Origin: Octopus vulgaris
Taxonomy: Eukaryota
DNA length: 64,000 nt
Assembly (NCBI GenBank): GCA_951406725.2
Contig: OX597831.1
Location: 21,638,001 to 21,702,000, forward strand
Reading direction: 5' to 3'
Of this stretch, positions 56,395-64,000 are shown piece by piece (the first letter of the stretch is position 1; every line of letters begins with the position of its first letter). The translations under genes were made by a program, and so were the position numbers. The notes under the pieces are model-generated. The model was not told the origin of the DNA. It searched no databases and saw only the letters and a program-made list of their open reading frames with translations.

Positions 56395-56632
56395 TATGTA
56401 AAATTTATACCTTTCTGCTTATAGTTCAAATATAATGTTCTTGAACATACATTTGACAGATAACATACAGACACGCAACTCGGTCTCACTTAGATATACT
56501 GCAATATAATAACGTGATGACGTTTAATATCGCATTAATTACGCTCTTAATTAGTATGGGTAAATTTTATGATGTTTATACATTTATTTCATTTTCTTTA
56601 TGAATATGATACGCATTTGTGAAATTGACATA

Positions 56633-57143
56633 CCGTAAATCCTCGAGTATAGTCCGCCCTTGAGCATAATACGCAGGGGATTTTTAGGGGACTGTACATC
56701 TGAAAAACCTAAACCTTGTGTATAATACTCACCCCTTCTCTAACTTGAGTTAAGGAGGTCAATATAACGTCCTTAGTTTGTAAAAATGTATACGGTAACG
56801 TCCTTTATTATTATTGTACATATAACATAATGCAAACGTGTAGCATGTTTGTGTATTTTGTTTGCCGAAAATAAAGAAATAACAGTAATAACATTTAATA
56901 AAGTTTGCTTACTGCAAGTAATGTATGATTCTTTTATGACTTCATTGCTTTTAGGCTTGGCTTAAGGTATTTTCGCGCCCGACGTCACAAAATGCGTCTG
57001 AATAAATATTGCCGGAAAGCAAATAGAGACTCGGACATTGCTTAGAAAATAATTTTCATTTTTTACCTCGTATATAGTACGCGCTAGGGATTTTGACCTT
57101 TAAATTTTTGGAAAAAATGTGGATTATACTCGAGGATTTACGG
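56633..57143. mobile_element. Tc1/mariner-superfamily (pogo/Tigger-like) MITE
   Basis: TA TSD (56631-56632, 57144-57145); 23-bp TIR CCGTAAATCCTCGAGTATA(G/A)TCC with one mismatch. Confidence 0.9.
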
Positions 57144-57844
57144 TATATAAACTTTGTTCTTTTCTATAAAAGTTTCATAAAGCCATTACAACCATGAACG
57201 AGCAGCTTCCAGAATGCAATTAATCAGTTTACAAGCTTAGCGGAGGCTCATATCTTCAACTGTTTTTGTTATACAGCACAAGACAATGCCTGATTCAGGT
57301 ACGCTATGATCAAACATTTTGTTACAAGTACAACTGTATTCAGTGCGTACATATGGCTTTGTTATATGTTATCCAATGTTATTTCACTTTCGGAGAGATT
57401 TAGTTGCTATTTCTAGCAGGTTGAGCGACCTCATATAAGCTCGGTTGTTGCCTTGTATATTTTAAATTTCACCATGATAAAAATATATATACATAAGGGC
57501 CTCCTAACGACAACCTAAACTTCATTTAATCAAGTTAGCCTTCGCCTGAAGAGCAGACTGCGGTATACACCTCGCTTGGATATTCACCACTTCCGAGGTT
57601 CCGCTCGTTATAAAACATATGCAGCCCGGATTTTATCTACTCTGTTTCTTAACTCTTGGATTTTTATTCCCATAACCGGCAACTCTGGTTGCCAAACGTG
57701 AAATATGAAATATATTTTAAAGCTTATCGTACCTCGATACGAGAAAAATCCACAACCTTCCTCCCAAATGAATCAGTATTGTTCTTGAAAGTTTTTTAAA
57801 ATTTTCTACGAATTGCTTGAAGCTCACTTTCTATCTCAATCCTT

Positions 57845-58076
<232 letters not shown>

Positions 58077-58814
58077 GAATATGTTTATTTATAATTAGGA
58101 ACATAAAAGGTTAGCGTAATGCATGGCGTACTGCCCTGCCAGATTTTGCGCCAAGAACATCAATCGTAAATAGGAATCAATAATAGTAAATACAGGAGAT
58201 TAGCTAGTACTGATGGCAGCGGCGGCGGTGATGATGGTGACGGTGGTGTTGATTTATGGTGATGGTGAGGATAATTGTGGTGGTGATTGTGATTGGGTTG
58301 GTGATGGTGATGGCAGTGGTGTCGGTAGTTGTTTGTGGTGGTAGGTGATTTAAATGGATACAATGATTAATGTGAGAGAATGTTATAAATAACGATTTAA
58401 AAATAGATACAAGCAGATCGATAGATTGGCAACATTGATTGAGTCGTTGACAAACATTTTCGTTTAGATTCTGGGTTGAAATTTGATCGAGTGCAGCTTA
58501 ATCTCCTGGGGCCGATGATAAATTAGAATAGTAGTGAAGAATAAAAGGGTGAAATTAAAGGCATTTCCTTGTCCTCGGCGCTGAGTGTCTTGTGTCTTTG
58601 GTAGAAAGCATTCGAAAATTTAGAGAATCCAGTGACATCTGTTGACAGATTCTGACGCTTGCAGAGTTTAACTTTTCTTGTATCACGTCCGCAGAGTTCG
58701 GCTTTTCTTGTTTTCGAGTCTATCACCTAAATGCTTGTAATACCATACTTGTGAATTTGATCCACTGTTAATTCCTCCCATGTACAAAAAGTTAATACCT
58801 ATGTTCTTGTAAAA

Positions 58815-59400
58815 GACGGCGAGCTGGCAGAATCGTTACCTCGCCAGGCAAAACGCTCATCGCCGTTTCGTTCGTCTTTATGTTCTGAGTTCATATCCCC
58901 TACGAACTAGATTTTTGTCTTTCATTATTCCTACATCGGTAAAATGAGTTTCAGCTGAACACTGAGGCGATATAAGGAACTTAAACCCTCGCCTGAAATT
59001 ATTCCCCTTCTGCCAAATTTTAAAACCAATATTCAGATTCTTGTACATTTGTGAGGTATCTTTTTGATTATTTTGTGAGGCGATTGGGTTTCGGATTGGC
59101 AAAATTATTAGAATGTTCATTTATTCTGGCTCCTTATGAACCGAGATCAAATCTCGACGAAATCGAATTTGCTTTATATTTTTTTCTCTCCGGATAGATA
59201 AACTAAGATACCAGTCAAATATTATGGTCAATGATATCAACCAACAGCCTTTCCTCAAAATTGTTCATCTTGTACCTAAATTAGAATCGTTTTGTCGAGG
59301 TTAGCTTCACTTTTAATATATTCGGGGTCGATAAAATGAAGTAGCAGTCAAATACTAGGGTCGACAGTATCAACTGACCCCTCGCCATAAATTAGAAATA
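58815..59400 (+). mobile_element. Old SINE-B cluster (about 3 decayed units)
   Basis: gacggcgagctggcagaatcgtta..gttctgagttca; ttcggggtcgataaaatgaagtagcagt. Confidence 0.65.
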
Positions 59401-59466
59401 TTTTTTTCAACCGAGTTTAACTCTGCCATTCATACTTCGAGAGCACTACCATCTCACTTTCTATCT

Positions 59467-59522
<56 letters not shown>

Positions 59523-60124
59523 GAATATATGCCTTTTGTGTGTTCGTATGTGTATTGTGTGTGTGTGTTTGTGTGTGTGTATGTGTGTGCGTGCATGTGT
59601 GTGTCTTTGTGTTTGTGTTTATGGTACTCAAGTTGAACGTCGCTGTTGATTTGTTTACGTCTCAGTAACTCAGCTGATCGGCGCAAGAGACCGATAGAGT
59701 AAATACTGGACTTTTAAATAAGTCGATTAGTTCGGCTAAACCCTTCAAGGTAATGTCCTTGCATGAGCGCAGTCAACTGAATATACAAGGAGCAGTTAAT
59801 TGATTAAAATGTTAAATGATGAAACGCAATATATTTTCACACCTCTTATCTTCATCTATAATGTATACTTTCGGTATTCATATCTAAAATACGTTTATTT
59901 CAAACGTATTGTATGCTGAACACTTTCCCATATAAGTGTCATTTTTTAAAGTAAGTTGTGATAGATTATTGAAATTTGATTACAATTTCTAGCAGGTCGA
60001 AATCCATATAAAATTTCCTCCATTGATTCGACTCGCGCAACATCTGTTGCTCCCTTGCTCACTGCATCAGCCTTGCTCTCATTTCAAACTGACAACGCCA
60101 AAACCGTGCGACACCGTGCTGTTT

Positions 60125-60429
60125 TATTTTATCCATGCGCTCTTTTAAAGCCTAGCCAGGTTCATGGGCCCGGTTGCCCGGTTTCTATGGCGTATATGTT
60201 CCTCTCCCACAGCTGGACGGGACGCCAGTCCATCGCAGCATTTATTCAAGAAACAGGAAGAAAGAGTGAGAGAAAGTTGGGGCAAAAGAGTACAACAGGG
60301 GTCGCCACCACCCCCTGCCGGAGCCTCGTGGGGCTTTAGGTGTTTTCGTTCAATAAACACACACAACGTCTGGTCTGGGAATCGAAACCGCGAGTCCGCT
60401 GCCCTAACCACTGGGTCATTGTGCCTCCA
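60125..60429 (-). mobile_element. SINE family C, tail type 2
   Basis: Reverse-complement match to 21828-22135. Confidence 0.9.
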
Positions 60430-61742
60430 CGTATGATGGCTGTAACTTAAATTAAATACCGTAAGACTAGAACTCCATCTGCAGACCGCCAGTATCTCTC
60501 CCCAGGAATATCGGGGGCAGAGAATTTGTGGGATTGATAGGGACATCGCGTACATTAATTTGTGGTATTTTTCTTTTTACGTAGTGTACGTGTCTTTGTC
60601 ATTAGATTATATCCAGCATTCATACATCCGCAATTTATCACACTGTGTGATACTGTTTCTGTTTGATGTCAAATACATTTATGATGTACGTGTCTCTGAA
60701 GCAGGACCATGGTGGAACGGTGAAGACATTTGCTTCGTAGCCTGGAGTCTTGAGCAACTGTCACTCACATTGAATAGTCTCAGGTTAACTAATAACATGT
60801 GAGGGAAATTCGGTGCAGGAAAGCTGTACATAAGCTACGGAGTAGATTGTGCTGGGGATTTAATGGTGCAGCTCTGTCGCAATGTGTTACGCCTATTAAG
60901 GTTTCATGTTTCTGTGAAATCCACAACCGTCGACATGAAGAGCAGGAGCTTGGTTGATCGATCAAACGAATCCACGTCGTCATGCGACGAAGATCCACGA
61001 CCCCCAGGTCTTCGAAGAAAATTCAACCGCTTACAGGTCAATTTCACAAACAACTGAGAGGACCTCGCCGAGAGCGACGGACGGAGAGAACCATCCACCA
61101 CAGCTGAATATCATACTCCGCTCTACACACAGCTTCCTCCCCAGCCTCACTCTTCATCCTTCCCCTTCATCTTCCTCTTCTTCTAATCAATAATCCTAAA
61201 TATGGAGCTTAGCTGCGAGAAACTTTAAATAGATACATTGATTAATCTGGATGGGTTTGCCAATAATACTTTTAAAAATTGAAAATACACACAAATCGAT
61301 AACTGAAAATCAGAAATCAAAAACAAATAAATGAATATAATGAGTAAATAAATAAATAATAATTTTTATTTATTATATCCGGGTTTTTTTTGTCTTTTTA
61401 ATTGTATTTCACTTTAGTATTCTTCAAATATTTTTGTTTGTGCTTTATGGTATGGCTTCAACCAAAATTCTTTGTTTAATTTATTTTTATTATTTTTTTA
61501 TCATCATTCCTTTTAACTGTTAACTCTAATGAGCGATAAATACAATGGAATATTGTATATCAAACAAATGTGTTTAAAAATAAACACATTCGTAACAATG
61601 ATTCGCTAAACACAAATATTAGCATATTGTATATTAACACTCTAACTGTGTGGGAAATATAAATGGATAATGTAATAAGTACACGATGCGACAGAAAAAC
61701 CTTTTACATTTTATAAAGCTATTATTACAAAGCTATAGTTAA

Positions 61743-62572
61743 GGCAGCGAGTTGGTAGAATCGTTAGCACGCCGGGCGAAATGCTTAGCAGTATTTCGTC
61801 TGCCGCTACGTTCTGAGTTCAAATTCCGCCGAGGTCGACTTTGCCTTTCATCCTTTCGGGGTCGATAAATTAAGTACCAGTTACGCACTGTGGTCGATGT
61901 AATCGACTTAATCCGTTTGTCCCCTCTGTGGGTAGTAAAGAAATAGGTATTTCGTCTGCCGCTACACTCTGGGGTTGATATAATCGACTTAATCCCTTTG
62001 CCTGTCCTTGTTTGTCCCCTCTGTGTTTAGCCCCTTGTGGGCAGTAAAGAAATAGGTATTTCGTCTGCCACTACGTTCTGAGGGTCAAATTCCGCCGGGG
62101 TCGACTTTGCCTTTCATCCTTTCCGGGTCGATAAATTAAGTACCAGTTACGCACTAGGGTCGATGTAATCGACTTAATCCGTTTGTCCCCTCTGTGGGTA
62201 GTAAAGAAATAGGTATTTCGTCTGCCGCTACGTTCTGAGGTTCAAATTCCGCCGAGGTCGACTTTACCTTTCATCCTTTCGGGGTCGATAAATTAAGTAC
62301 CAGTTACGCACTGCGGTCGATGTAATCGACTTAATCCGTTTGTCTGTCCTTGTTTGTCCCCTCTATGTTTATCCTCTTGTGGGTGGTAAAGAAATAAGAA
62401 TCGTTAGCACGCTGGACGAAATGCTTAGTGGTATTACGCACGTCGCTGCATTCTGAGTTCAAATTCCGCCGAGATCGAATTTTTCCTTTCGGGGCCGATA
62501 AATTAGGAACGAATTGAACACTGTAGGGTCGAATTGATCAATATATCCTCTGCCCTTGTGTCAAAATTTAAA
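61743..62572 (+). mobile_element. SINE family B tandem multimer (about 5 units)
   Basis: Units rejoined three times at gtaaagaaatag|gtatttcgtctgcc. Confidence 0.92.
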
Positions 62573-63488
62573 GCCATAATTATAAAGCTACTTAACAAAA
62601 AATAATGCTATATGTATTTAGATAGGTAACATGTTGCCGTGTTCTATTCAGTCACTCTCTTACCGTAACTTTTTGAGCATGAAATCTTTATCAAGAATGT
62701 TAAAGTTTTGTCATGAAATCTTTATCGAGAATTTTAAATCTGAGGTTGCTTTTTTGGTAATCCCTGTATTATTGATGTATTTTTCTGAGTGTATTTTCAC
62801 CATTTTATCGTTCTGTTATTTTTCTTTCCATGTTGCTTTCTCTCTCGTTAATATTCTGAATAGCCATGCAATTGAGCTCAGAGACAGCTATGGGAACTGT
62901 CATCTGTGTGTTGACGTATTGCTGAGAAGTGTGCTTCGAAAAGATGTAATGTTAGTGATCGATTTTTTTTGCGAAGAAATTTTTGACAATTAAGCGCTAT
63001 ATTCCATAACCACGATTCGATCGGGGTCACTATAATATGAAATGCAAAGTAAATGCGAGAACTCCGGTCATAGATATTATGGCCTCGTCCGTTGTTTCCT
63101 TCGGGGACCTCCACTTGGTCGGAAATAGACTAAGAAATCTTCACGTAGTTACTCGTATGGACTACTAGAAATAGTAGCTAAATGTCTTTCCACTCATAGC
63201 TGTCTGTATCAAGAAAATAAATCGCATTGAATAATGCGGACATGGGGTCTTTGTGTGAAGGACATAGTACAATATCCAGCTGTGGCTATTGATTCTCTCC
63301 GTCCATCACTCGACGACGATCCATTCAGTTGTTTATGAAATTGACCTGTGAACCGTTGAATATTCTACAGAGACATGTGGCGGAGGATCTTCGTCGTTTA
63401 ACGACGAAGACTCGTTTGATCGATCAACTGTTGTTCACATCTGGAATGCCTTCGATTTTAGGACTGATAGATAAGTAAATTATTTACA

Positions 63489-63507
63489 TTATTTAAATTT
63501 ATCATCA

Positions 63508-63595
<88 letters not shown>

Positions 63596-64000
63596 CATTA
63601 TTATTATTATTCAGGTCACTGCCTGGAATTGAACTCGGAATCTTGGTGTTACTCTTGAAGAGTATATGAGCATACCTAGATGTGCAACTCCGTGCATAAG
63701 AAGACATACATAAAACAGAGCATACACGTCTGCACACATACATACACATACACACACATACATACATACACACACACACATATATACATACATGCATACA
63801 CACACATACATACATACACACACACACACATACATACATACATATATACATACATACATACATACATACATACATACATACATACACACATACATACATA
63901 CATACACATACTTACATACATCCACACATATACATACATACACATACATACACACACATACATACATGCATACATACATACATACATACATGCATACATA
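63489..64000. repeat. (ATT)n and (TACA)n/(CA)n microsatellites
   Basis: Direct reading. Confidence 0.95.

Overview
AT-rich eukaryotic intergenic or intronic DNA, very probably from an octopus or another cephalopod. That assignment is inferred from the SINE families and the extreme (TA)n/(AAT)n/(GATA)n load. No intact protein-coding gene is recognisable: almost all ORF-track entries are microsatellite translations, and only two weak candidate exons were found (10204-10283, 14152-14389). The window is a mosaic of three tRNA-type SINE families, CR1-like and R4/Dong LINE remnants, Tc1/mariner remnants, a piggyBac-type MITE, a TA-flanked MITE and a non-autonomous Helitron. The most striking hidden signal is about ten minimal type-I hammerhead ribozyme motifs of several designs. 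They lie mostly in short (~200-300 bp) non-coding elements embedded in (TA)n tracts (Penelope pLTR or retrozyme-like) and include a recurring CUGUUGA core variant and a tandem double hammerhead. Also seen: SINE multimers with a fixed junction, one SINE head with three different tails, a 312-bp locally templated insertion, and fold-back palindromes at (TA)n borders. All calls were made by eye; boundaries of degraded elements are approximate.
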